In this document: positions 51,753 through 64,000 of the stretch, piece after piece
Layout of the letters: every line of letters starts with the position of its first letter
How positions within the stretch are numbered: the first letter of the stretch is position 1
Assembly: GCA_012295275.1 (NCBI GenBank)
Contig: CM022675.1
Span: forward strand, 15,004,001-15,068,000
Direction: 5' to 3'
Origin: Chrysomallon squamiferum
Taxonomy: Eukaryota > Animalia > Mollusca
DNA: 64,000 bases
Translations under genes and position numbers: made by a program
Notes under the pieces: generated by a model
Told to the model about the DNA's origin: nothing
The model's input: the letters and a program-made list of their open reading frames with translations, nothing else
Database searches by the model: none

Positions 51753-52694
51753 AATGGATATATAAGCTAAAGCTGTAATAAATATAAAATACTAACACTA
51801 TATATTTTTCCTGTCAGTATTACTAACATGTTGACTATTAGTATTACAATTATAAGTCAATTCATGAAAGGACACGTAATAATCTGTACTGTAATCATAA
51901 TGCCGTGACTAAATGTAAATCATACAGATACTGAGACAGTGAGAGTGAGATACTCAGATACTGAGAATGAGATAGATATCATTATCATTATGATTATCAA
52001 CAATTCATAATTAGACAATATTTAATAATCCAACTGAAGTGCGGTATTTTATTTATATTTTATAATTTGTAAATCAAATTATTGGCTTTAACATTGGATT
52101 TAAGTGCTAGCAGTTCCATTCGGGAGAAATATAACTATTGTACATGCATTATCTCTTAAAACATGTAACAAAATAACAAAAAATTATAAATACCACAATT
52201 TCCGACAAGTTCAATTTATAGACTGGTTCTCTTCACAAAGATAAAAATAGTCGATGGCCTGTTTTGACTTGAAATACTTTGGGTTAGTCATGTCCTTCGC
52301 CTTAGTACCAGTACAAATATATGTATATATATGTACATATTACTATTAATTTCTATTAATTTTCATTCATCAGATTCCATTTAAATTTCAAGAAAATAAC
52401 GATGCGAAACTGTTGATAAATTTAGGTCATGCTACGTTGTTTTCGTTTCCGAATGGAAGGCATTTTGTCCCAAAGTGAATTCGCTTCTCAAATATTCCGA
52501 CCCGCTTTCTAGATTTAGGATAGTATTGATTCAGTTTTAGATAAATATATAAATAAATAAATTCTGATGAAATGATACAATAAATTGTTTTCAGTGGTCA
52601 TTCAGGTAAAGAATAGTTTATTTTAGCAACGCTACATTTCATTATATCATTAATTAATTATTTAATTATTATTATTAAAATACTAAAAACAAAC

Positions 52695-52767
<73 letters not shown>

Positions 52768-53185
52768 AATAATAATAATAAAATGTTATGGATTCATTTG
52801 AATTATGACTTGAAAGTATTTCTGTGCATATTTAATAATATAACCTGTGAAATGTCACCATAAAATACTGATAATGGATATGAATTTTTAGTTTTAAAAT
52901 TCGAATAATTAGTTAACATTTTATGCATCACTGGTAAGATTTGATATTTAATCTGTTAAAGTACTGTTTATTTATAGTTTGTTTATTTGTTTCAAAAATT
53001 GTAATTATTTTAGATATCCACAACGAAGATTTCATGAGAAGGGAACTTACTCCTCTTTTCTTTGGCGAAATCGCCAAGAATGATGTCCCTTACAGTCGAG
53101 CAGACAAATGCCTTATTTAGGGCATACATATACCGAAACCTATTGGTGACATCTTCTCACATCTTCTTGAGCAATTTATTTTAAA

Positions 53186-54227
53186 TCCAAGATGGCCGCC
53201 ACCGAAACTATTTTCCTCATACCTTCGTAACTAGATCAGATAGAAACGTGAATGAAAGGTCGTTTGATATGTTTTCAGGGATAAAGAATCTAACGCAGCT
53301 ACACTTTTCCTAACAAAACACAAATAAATCAAGGAGTAACCACAAAAAGGATGTAGATGTGGCTGTTTTGAGTCAGATTACAGTGATTTTGACTTTTTTA
53401 TGCATTATATAAATTATCAAGTTAGTTATAGGCTAATAACTAATAATTAATTAATAAATAATTAATTGTTGAAGTGTAGTGTAATAATTGCTGTTTCAAT
53501 TACTCTAAACATTTATGTATCTAAGATGCCCGCCACCGAATCTAAGATACCTCTTTTTCACACGAACTTCACAGTACCTTCCTCATTATTTAAGTTATGT
53601 AAAAAAAAATTAAAGACTGTTTAGCTGTTTCTGCATTATTGTATGGACGATTATCTCAGGCTCGTGCTAAAATGTAAAAAATGGAGTCATCTGTCGCTTC
53701 TGGGACAAATAGATGCATCACTGATAATGATGATACAGCGAGGCAGTGCCTTTCATGACTGCATGCTATGGACAAAGGAACAGTATCACCATGTCAACTA
53801 CGCAACTCAGTATTTGGGCAAACAGTATACATTACTCCACGAATACGCTCTGTACCACCACAAATCAGCGAAGCGATCAAGAAAAACGTGAAACGTGCGC
53901 ACCAGATGAACAATCAAAACTCCGAATCATCCCAAATAGGTCTATAATATCATACATACATGTTTATAGTGACTGAACCAGCACTAAATACTATAGATTT
54001 CAATAATTAATTACTTCTTATTTACAATCATATTAGCCTAAACCTAGCATGATAACATATACAGTGTTTGAAAAAGCCAACAGGATATTCTTTTATGGTC
54101 TTGATTTCTTTGTGTTTTGTTTGGCTTCTTTCTGCTTGACACTATATAAAAGACCTTGTATTCATGTTTTTATCTCATCTAGTAACGAAGACATGAGGAA
54201 AAACGATTAGTTGGCGGCCATCTTGGA
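53186..54227. mobile_element. Foldback/MITE-like non-autonomous DNA element with long imperfect inverted arms
   Basis: Left arm 53186-53520 aligns by eye to the reverse complement of 53952-54227 (TCCAAGATGGCCGCCA...TTTTCCTCAT..CTTCGT.ACTAGAT.AGATA...AACAAAACACAAA.AAATCAAG...TAGGCTAATA...TAAACAT.TATGTAT); no transposase ORF seen. Confidence 0.7.
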
Positions 54228-54677
54228 AAAAAAGCTTTAGACTCCAAAACGAGGACTATTATGTACATTGTAACCATAGCCATATATTACTTTAGTGTAA
54301 TCAATGATTTAGTTATTTTGTTTGTTTCTTTGTTTAGAAATATATATATATATTTTTAAATTGTTTTTTTAAATTTTATTTTATAGTTAAAATAGAAACT
54401 AATCAAACAATGTGTAATTGAAACTTGGATTTATACGATTAATGATGAAAGCAGTCGAGTACCGAACAAACTATTCATCAGCGCGTGACAGATTTTACTT
54501 AGCAGTCTCTCAGCGGCGTACAAATTAGTATCTCGTGGCACTTCGTAACTGACTTCATTTTAAACGTTTTGCAAGTAAAAATCAATAGAACACTATTAGT
54601 ATAAATTTAGTATGGATTTTACATCTATGGTGTATAACATCGGCTGAGCCATAATAATAATAATAATAATAATAATC

Positions 54678-54738
<61 letters not shown>

Positions 54739-55156
54739 CAACAATAATAATAACTTATTTTAATGCTAAAGCTGTTGATTATTATTATTATTATTATTTT
54801 AAATATTGTCGGAATTGTTTATGCATATTTAGTTCACATTGTTTCGTCTCTTCAGAAATACTCGTGTTCTTTATTTCTTTATTTATTTCTGTATTTATTT
54901 ACACACATCTTTTCAATTCATCTTTGGTCCCCAGATGTTATTTATTGTATCTGTGGGTAAAATTTTGTACTTACTTTTTATGCATTAGAACAAATTTCCA
55001 GTTAACAGTTTATTATCATTACTGGTCCCAAGCACATACAAGCATTGTTTTGTCGAAATGATCTTTGTATCGATTTTGCTAATAAACTGTCATAGTAAGA
55101 TTAAAAATAGACATTATAATTAGAACTAGATGGTAATTCTCATGTTTAGCAGAGTA

Positions 55157-55229
55157 ACTGTTAAAGTGTATCTTTGATGGTACAAATGAATGACGTAATT
55201 ACCCTTTTTGGTATTTCTGATTAATTTGT
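55157..55229 (+). repeat. ~72 bp dispersed direct repeat, copy 1
   Basis: ACTGTTAAAGTGTATCTTTGATGGTACAAATGAATGACGTAATTA.CTTTTTGGTATTTCTGATTAATTTGT, near-identical to 59800-59871. Confidence 0.9.
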
Positions 55230-56519
55230 TTACTTGTTTGTAATTAAAACTGTAAAATAATAAACTGTTTAAGAGAACGAAGGCTGAAATTAAATTAATT
55301 AATATATATATATAATTAAACAAAAATCAAAATCAAACAGCAGTAGAAAACTCAAACAACAACAAACAAACAAAAAAGAACGTCCGAACAAACAAGGACA
55401 ATAAAAAGAACCCAATAAAACATCAACAAAAAAAAAAAAAAAAAAAATAAATAAATAAAAAAAAATAAAAAATAAAAAATAACAATTAGAAAAAAAAAGA
55501 AGAAAATAGTAATAATAAAATCAAGAATAAAATCAACAAAAATTATTTTACGTTTCATGACTATTACAATTTAATCCCGTCACGCAACATAATGAAAAGA
55601 GTTAAAATGAAGATAAAATAATGCTGATGATTATAATGTTATAAAAAAACCTTTAAGCAAATAAATAAAAGATGATGATGATAATGTTGATGATGATAAT
55701 GACGATAATGATGATGATGATAATAATAATAATAATAGTAATAATAATAATAACAATAATAACAATAAATTAAAACAAATGTATATGCAAATAAATAAAA
55801 TATTATGGAAAAAACCTTCAGTTTCTTAATTATACTAGCTCCTTTTTCAAAAATAGTATCATCATATAGATTTGTGAATACAGGCCTCATCTCATCCAGT
55901 GTGTTACTTAAAAATATATAACATTTTACTCGGTCCACTCTAAAGTCTCTTGCAGCGATAATGAAGTCATTTTCTAAGCTGTATTATTTTTGTTTTGCAT
56001 AATGCGTTCAGAAAAACAATGCAGCTTCTATAATAAATTGTGTGTGTTCAGAAAAGTGGTGTTTTTTGACTGTGACACAACATCCATAAATTTGAGGTGA
56101 TTTTTATCTGATAATGGACTTTTTTGTACCGACTGGATGTATCTAATAGAGAGAGTCACTTTAAAAAACAGAAGACTTATACAGATGTTCTTCAGTGTAA
56201 AACATATTTATTCAATAATTTTTATCTACGTTATTCGCTCTACGATGGCCTGTTTTCAGACATATTTATAAGTAGTTCCAGTATTTATCATTTAATTGAT
56301 AAACTTATTCAAATTGTGTTTTCTAAATAATATATATATATGTGTTTATGTATATATGTATTACACATGTCTATATTTCAATGTTTTTTAGAAACGTTTT
56401 GATTATTACTTCGTGAATTTAAATCAAATTTCCTTCGCATGGTGAACACGGATATTAGTTTGTAGTTGTAGAGGGAAGAAATCGCTGTAACAGAGCAGGC
56501 GAGACTTGGAGAACAAACA

Positions 56520-56640
56520 TCATGCACTGATCGATTTGGCTAATCCACGAAGATTCGTCCCCAGATTTCTAATGGATTTACCCAACTTGGTATAAAGATA
56601 AGAGTGAAGTCAGTGCCGTGTTGTAGAGCGACACAGTTTG
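56520..56640 (+). promoter_or_regulatory. Candidate TATA-containing core promoter
   Basis: TATAAAG at 56591 followed by Inr-like TCAGT (56610) and CAGTT (56634) in a GC-richer island about 180 bp upstream of the putative signal-peptide exon; spacing to either Inr is not ideal. Confidence 0.4.
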
Positions 56641-56774
56641 GTCAGCTAGGGAACCAGTTCCGTAACAGCAACCAAATGTTAAACATTTCTTAAATTATTT
56701 TGTTTGTACACTCAACTTACATTTTCACAACTTTTGTCAGTTGTTTTCATTTAGCTGTGTGGACTTACATAAAT

Positions 56775-56885
56775 ATGCCAACTTTAATACACACACTTCT
56801 TGTGTTTTCCTTTGTGTACATCTGCGGCGCCAGTTTGATGCAGCAGTGGCCCGCAAAGTGGCTGCCGGCAAGAAGAAGTTCCTAT
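56775..56885 (+). CDS. Probable first coding exon (signal peptide) of an unidentified secreted protein; remaining exons not found in the window
   Basis: AATATG start; MPTLIHTLLVFSFVYICGASLMQQWPAKWLPARRSSY; consensus donor TAT|GTAAGT, phase 0; TATAAA at 56591 upstream. Confidence 0.55.
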
Positions 56886-57139
56886 GTAAGTTTGTTTACT
56901 TGTTACATCTTCTACATCAAACTTACTTTTAACTAGAAATTCAGATATTCAGTTATTTCACTCTAGTTTTAGTATCAATTTAAGAAATTATTATTTCCTT
57001 TTTTCCTTCTTTATTCAAATTCGTTTTTAATTTTAATGTCATTAAATATTCAACACCAAGTATGATTTTTACTTAATATATTTCTTTCTTTCTTTCTTTC
57101 TTTTTTTTTCTTTTCTTCTTTCTTCTTCTTCTTCTTCTT

Positions 57140-57170
<31 letters not shown>

Positions 57171-59799
57171 TTATTATATTGATTTTCTATACGTAAATAC
57201 GAGATATAAAAATTAATACGTGTTTATTATATTCATATTCATAGCCATCGTCTTAATCATCAGCAGCAATATGCTTTTATCATCGTTAATAACATCATCC
57301 TCGTTAAGAAATGGCATATATTTATTTATTTATTTTTAAAAAGAAACGAAACTGAAGCTGATACATTAGAAGACAACTGAATAATTTAATATTTAATTTT
57401 TTCTTGCTGTGGATCAGTTAGCTACTCTCGCATGAGAAAAACAGATATCACTGAAATATAACCTTAGTGGTATATCGAGAAGGACCGATTTTCAGTGTTG
57501 CGTGCACTGACATTGAAAAAATTACCTATAAAACGTTAGATAAACTAGAACATTTTTCTGCCTTTAATGTGTTAAAGTTTCGTTACTGTTTGGAAACAAC
57601 AAGAACAACAAAACAGTTATAGCAAAATAAAAAAGTACAACAATAATGAAAAAGTCGAAACAAACAAACACAATTTCTATCGTCAAACACAGCTTTTAAC
57701 GTGCCTCTATCGGTCTCTCGATATATTTTTCTAATTAAATCAACAAAACACACATAGAAAAAAGGAAAAAGAAGAAAAAAAGGAAAAAGAAGGAAAAAGA
57801 AAAGAAAATGATAATAATAATAATAATAAGAACATACTGTAAAATTAATAAAACTTTACGTTTTTTTATTGATTGTCTTACGCCTTAGCAGGACGTGATT
57901 GGTAATATTTGAAGATAAAACTAATATTTGATTGCAAACTAATGAGTTTTAATGGAACTTAATAATCTCCTATATGTTAAGTGTATTCTTCTCCTTTTTT
58001 AAGACTGACTTTGCATTACTAAAAACAGCCTAAACCACAAATATTTTGTGATTCCTATTAAGAGCGTAAATCAACTCTCTCGTATTTTTGACCTTCTGTG
58101 AAATGTTTTACTGAACCCTTGCGCTTCACATTGATCACTTTGGACATCACTGCTTTAAAAGTCAAACAGATTCATATTAAAGTCAAGAACTGTGAAGGGA
58201 AAAGGAAGAAAAATACAGAAACTACCCACTGATCTATGCAGATTACATTGTCTATTTAAGTTAGTCGCAGTTGAAGATTAATTATTGCAATTATCGGAAT
58301 TACTGCACTCTTGAAGATGTTTTCTTATAATCTAGCTCCATGTTTTCAAAAAGTTATTTTCTTTCATGATAATCAGTCTGCAGCACGATATTGCGTGCTT
58401 AATTTGAGGCAGTCAGCATTTTAACCACTTCAAAAGGCTTTCTATCAACTTCTTCAGAGATTCCAAATAGTTCAGGTGACTGAGAATATCGATTGAAATA
58501 TTAATTTGTCACAATGGGCAAAATGTTATTTTATTATGCTTCATTTAATTTAAATAATTAATGTATATTTAACATACACCAAGTTGCTCTTTCTCACAGT
58601 CAGTATTAAATAAAGAATGTAAGACTAAAACGACAAACTGCCATAGACAAAGCGTGTCAGAAAAATATTCTCACGAAAACCCTTCCGAGACATAAATCCA
58701 TTAAGTAAAAATCTCTTTTAAGATGTTCTTTTAAGATGCTGGACTGATTAAACATGACCTAAAATTAATTTGAACGAAAACAAAAATTGTTTTGATTTAT
58801 AAACGCTGTTTAATAATTTTGCGGTTGTGTAGTTTGTCATCCAAATATAACTCTTGATGGTTTTCCTTTTGTTCTAGACACTTATAAAAATAATAAAAAT
58901 AAATAAATAAATAAAATGCAAAGACTCCTGTATTATCCCCACTCATCAGCACAAACTTCCGAATATTTGTTTAGCTAAAGAAACTGCACTTTTGATCGAA
59001 AATATTCACGATAAAAATGAATCTAAATCTATTACATTACTTACAATTAGCACATTTATTTTTAAAATATCATTAGTATAAAGCAGGTGGAATCATTAAT
59101 TTATATAATATTTGTAATATTCATGTCATGTGCTATTGCGAGATAATGACGTGCTTGGAAGTTATAACTGTACGACTAACAATACATCTTTTTATTAGTA
59201 ACATCACCAGCCATTATTTTATTGTATAAAACAGTTAATGCATTTTATTCTCTGTATGCTCTTTATGTTTTATAACTTGTTGGGTAAAGATTTAAAATCT
59301 TAAAACCTCTGCAAAAAGTGTCGGGCTAAAACTAAATCTGGAAACAAATATAAAAAAAACCCCACTTTGACGAGAATTTGTTTTTTCTTTCAGTAGCATC
59401 CAAGAACATCGTGAAATACTGCCAATAATCTGCAGCGATGTCACAAAAGCTGTCTGTTATCTGAAAATTCAGAAACATTAAAACAATGAAAAAATTGCGC
59501 TTTATTTGAAAAAAAATTTAATTGTTTTGATTTCCCAAGACAATAAATGTTAATACACTTTGCTGTTGTCTAAATCTGCAAAGTGACAGAAAGCCTTTTA
59601 TCTCAAGAGGCTGGTGGAAATTGGCAATTTCATTCGTGTTGATATTCCTATAAGAAATAACCAGCAAAATGTGATATACCAAATCACCAATTGCATTAAA
59701 TTAATTCTGAAATATTCTTTGTTGACATTATCTCTGACTGGATTTCGTGCATAAAGCAAATCATTCATCGAGGGTTTCTAACCTAATTTCAACAATTTC

Positions 59800-59871
59800 A
59801 CTGTTAAAGTGTATCTTTGATGGTACAAATGAATGACGTAATTATCTTTTTGGTATTTCTGATTAATTTGT
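59800..59871 (+). repeat. ~72 bp dispersed direct repeat, copy 2
   Basis: Near-identical to 55157-55229, differing only at ACCC versus ATC. Confidence 0.9.
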
Positions 59872-59960
59872 GAACACTCGGCTCAGGATGTGTATTACTT
59901 TTCTTTTTTCACTCACCTAAATGTTACATTTCAGTCAAGTAAACTTCATGTGATAAATAG

Positions 59961-60192
59961 TATAAATACCTGGACTGAATGTTCAGTTTCTATATAAATA
60001 CCTGAATTGAACTGAATATTCAGTTTCTGTATAAATACCTGACTGAATGTTCAGTTTCTGTATAAATACCTGAACTGGACTGAATATTCAGTTGCTGTAT
60101 AAATACCTGGACTGAATGTTCAGTTTCTGTATAAATACCTGAACTGAACTGAATGTTCAGTTTCTGTATAAATACCTGAAATGGACTGAATA
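59961..60192. repeat. Minisatellite with alternating 32/37 bp units (about 6.7 units)
   Basis: Units TATAAATACCTG(AACTG)GACTGAATRTTCAGTTTCTG start at 59961, 59993, 60030, 60061, 60098, 60130, 60167. Confidence 0.92.
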
Positions 60193-61045
60193 TATAAATA
60201 TATAAATATTAACATTCTGTAACATTAACATTATTATAACCTGAATTAGACTGATTACAACTCCAACTCGTGGTAGAATGGTTTATTTTCAATTATTTAC
60301 ATTACATATAAATTCATAATTATTGAATACACAAACATACACAGAATATATATATATATATATTTGTGATATTAATAAACGTGCTTAAACCTCAATAACT
60401 GATAAAAATAACAAGCAACATTTCAGAAAATAAAATATGACATAATAAAGAAGTACAGTACAGGCTGGGGCAAAAAGCCCTGTGATGGTACTTAATAGTT
60501 TCTATTTGAAAACTGCACTTCTCGACACAGAAGAGCAATTAACAGAGCAGTTAGTTTCTTAAATTTATTGACTGTTTTGGTCATGATTTTATTAAATTTC
60601 GTATTTCTATTTATTTAGTTCCGTCGTTTACACAGCAAATTAAACAAAGTGTTTCTGTTTTTTTCTGTTTAAGAACATATAGACTGATGTAGACATAATC
60701 GATCATTTCCCTGCTTTTGCAAACGGATGTAACTGATACATGTTCTCTGAATGGAGCAAAACTTCTATGGCTAAACACGTTTTGACTCCACTGATATGCA
60801 TAAGATATAATGTATGGTTTAATATTTTGTTTTGCTTTGCTGGTTAAACTAATATTTGTTTTAATTATTGTTGTTATTGATTGTGGCACATCCCACACCA
60901 AAAATCAACCACAGAGCTGCGTTTATATCAGAAAGATAGACGGAATGGGAAAAAGAGAGAAAATGAAAGAAAGAAAGGGACAGAAACTGAGAGAAATTTC
61001 GTTTATGAGGTATTTTTAAAAGTAGGAAGATTGTATAAACGTGGA

Positions 61046-61396
61046 TATAAATGAACCATATACAGTGAGTTGCGGTGAATAAATGAACCACATACAGTGA
61101 GTTGCTGTGTATAAATGAACCACATACAGTGAGTTGCTGTGTATAAATGAACCACATACAGTGAGTTGCTGTGTATAAATGAACCACGTTCAGTGAGTTG
61201 CGGTGAATAAATGAACCACATACAGTGAGTTGCTGTGTATAAATGAACCACATACAGTGAGTTGCTGTGTATAAATGAACCACATACAGTGAGTTGCTGT
61301 GTATAAATGAACCACATACAGTGAGTTGCTGTGTATAAATGAACCACGTTCAGTGAGTTGCTGTGAATAAATGAACCACATACAGTGAGTTGCTAT
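61046..61396. repeat. 32 bp tandem minisatellite, 11 copies
   Basis: TATAAATGAACCACATACAGTGAGTTGCTGTG repeated head-to-tail with no spacers; ATGAACC every 32 bp from 61051 to 61371. Confidence 0.95.
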
Positions 61397-62877
61397 GAAA
61401 AAGTTTAGTTATTTTTCCTCCGATCTTGCAAATTCTACCGATTCTTATAAAAGTGCAACCGAACGCATCTTTTAATAATTCAGATAAAACTGTGCGGTAC
61501 TTTCTTTCTTTTGTTGTTTAGTTTGTATGTCCTACAGTGTAGCAGAAATGCAATATTTTTTTTTCTTTTCGAACCTATTGTGTTTTCTTGATTATATACC
61601 TTGAAAAGTTTTAATACTTTGTAGCCCCGATGCCCTCGATAGTTTGCATCTATTTTGAGGTTTTTCAAGTGATGGACTTTGCTTTCCGCAATTCTGATTA
61701 AACTTTATCAGATGTCATATGTACAAAAATGGAAATTAACTGTAACACACTTTTTAAAAAGATGCGGTAAGTAGACATAAATCTACTCACAAAACATAAA
61801 CCGTCCTTTTGCATAATGATAATGTCAGGGTCAGCCACCAAGAAAATTATAATTTCAAGTTAAAAGCACAAGTAAATAAATTCATATTATTAGGAATCTA
61901 AAAAATATTATAAATCCTGAATTCAGAAATGAATATAAAAATCAAAACGTTCAAAATGTCAAAGAGCTCGACATTCCTTTTATAGTTCATTCAGAATTAC
62001 TTTTGTTTATTTTCTTATTCCTTTTAAAAGACTATTATTTCTATTATGATTTTCGAAAACAAAAATTGTCTTATATCGATCTTTCTTTAGTGTAATAAAG
62101 ATTATAATAAAGGTTGTATGGATCTTTAAGTACTCTTTTCAAAACGATGCTCTTTGATGTATTCTTACTACTGTGAATGCATGAGTGTATGCGAGGTGGC
62201 ACGCATTCAGTTCTTGTACGATGGTCCATTTGGGACAGATTATAATTACCTCTAATACATTAATTTTATCATATCTTAATAAATAAAAACACATCAAAGA
62301 TGTTTACATGATCTAAATATGAGCTTCAGTGAAACAAGTAAAGAGAAAAAAATGACTGACTCGTTCCCACGCTCAGATGAAGCGTCGCTCGTAAAGACAT
62401 TATATTAAAACAAGCCATCTATTTCCTACACATTAATGCAAAACATCTAGCAGCAATGAAAGCTGCAACATGATTTTCGATAATGACATGATTATGAGAG
62501 TTTGGACGCGACATACATTGCAGTTATTTTGCCTATTACTAAGGATAAGTGCATTCATTACAGGATAATGGTGTGTTTGGTAAACATATTGACAGTCAGT
62601 CTACTAATAATGATGTATTTCTGCACTGGTAATCGCCATTTGTTGCGATCATTATCCTCGTTATCCTGTCCATGCAGTCAGCCAAATTGAATGTCATCAC
62701 GGATATGATGTCATAAACGGATATGTTATTATTGTATCAGACTGAAAGATTTGCTTTAAACCAAGTCTTTAATTGGACACGCATTAACAGTCGTCTTAAT
62801 AAAACATGACGGTAATTAATTATCATTATTAACATCTTTCTAAACTAACATCCGTAAACGAAAAAGAAAAAGTTAAC

Positions 62878-62911
<34 letters not shown>

Positions 62912-64000
62912 GACACCCACCCATCTATCGCTCAGATATAGACATATACCTATAAAAACACCCATACACACGCATACACAAACATACTGACACAGAGAAA
63001 CACAAACATATACACATATACATACACATACATACACACGCATAAAGAAGTAAAATTAAACACAGCCAATAAATTGATTAAAACCTACATAACTTCAGAA
63101 AGCATCAGTCATTCGTTTTCAAAGTTCATTACATAGCATAGACGTCTACATGTCTTACGAGTGTCGAAATAATCACCTTAAAGTGTTTGTAGTAAACTTT
63201 TCAAAATATCTGGGACAAACATTAATCCCACTGTTTAGACTATTCTGAGATCATCCCAGAAATCTAAACAAACAAACAAACAAACAAAATAAATAAATAA
63301 ATACCAACAAATAGCCTAAGTATATTCTGCATAGTTATCATTTGACATTGGAATTAAATGTGAGTGACTAAGTATACTGTATTTACCTCTACTAACTAAA
63401 TCTTTAAATGAAGTTATTTTTATAAGCATTATTTCTATGTCTGCTAGTATTTTTGCGCTGTCTTTGAATAACTATTTCGACAGTTAAATTTAACGGTTAT
63501 GTGTAAATGAAGTAGAGAGAATAGTGTAAATTATGTGGCTTTTCCATCCTAAACTTCACAAACTGACGAGCTCTCTTCCCAAGGTCGTTCTTTATTGCAG
63601 CTATTCCAGCTCTGCACAAATGATATTGATTTATTTCTTCAGTTCGCAGATTACTCCGGACCTTTCGCTTTCCTTTTATTTATCACTTTGATTAACTGTA
63701 GTTATTAATATCTACTGTAGAGAGACTGACGCCTGAGTTACGTGAAACCTACACAGACGTAAACATTATTACTTAGAGTGAGTGAAAACCACGGAGTTAG
63801 TCAGACTGTTAGAACAATGTCAGACTGTTTACTGCTATTACTTACGTGCATAGAGGTGACAACACGGTATCGATTTTCGAAGATTTCTGAGATTTACTAT
63901 GTCCAAATAAAAGAGAAAAATTGTATTTGACCATTTCTCTGTATGTATTTGTGTATATGTGTATATTTATGGATATATATTATGTGTGAGTGTGTGTCTA

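Noticed and set aside
52194-52310. Candidate NOSIP 5' non-coding exon (minus-strand donor GTG|GTATTT at 52193)
   Set aside because: Plausible given the acceptor at 51773, but its boundaries cannot be supported from sequence alone.
53013-53976. Short ORFs near and inside the foldback element as a transposase or divergent gene
   Set aside because: Interrupted by stops and no DDE or other recognisable motif.
54922-54932. TTTGGTCCCC resembling the miR-133 5' end, and GCACTTGTCCC at 11356 resembling miR-92
   Set aside because: Matches stop after 10-11 nt and no precursor hairpin is evident.
61046-61396. CRISPR-like array of 32 bp repeats and the repetitive ORFs over it
   Set aside because: Units are contiguous with no unique spacers, there are no cas genes and the context is eukaryotic; ORFs are translations of the repeat.

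Overview
AT-rich, microsatellite-dense animal genomic DNA, probably lophotrochozoan/molluscan (inferred from protein style, not proven). Most ORF-track entries are simple-repeat artefacts; the real genes are spliced. I reconstructed by hand, with GT-AG sites and consistent phases: (1) a 3-exon Distal-less/Dlx homeobox gene (+, 4580-17750, 288 aa); (2) about 26 kb without a recognisable gene, dotted with GC-richer islands that look like cis-regulatory modules; (3) an unnamed 5-exon gene largely missed by the ORF track (+, 43905-47103, 223 aa) encoding a signal peptide, two thrombospondin type-1 repeats and a degenerate chitin-binding-like module with a cationic tail; (4) an 8-coding-exon NOSIP gene (-, 51752-48462, 291 aa) converging on it; (5) a 1 kb foldback element with ~300 bp inverted arms upstream of NOSIP; (6) a probable first, signal-peptide exon of a further secreted-protein gene (+, 56775-56885); and (7) two related ~32 bp minisatellites with higher-order periodicity. 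No rRNA, tRNA or CRISPR array was recognised.
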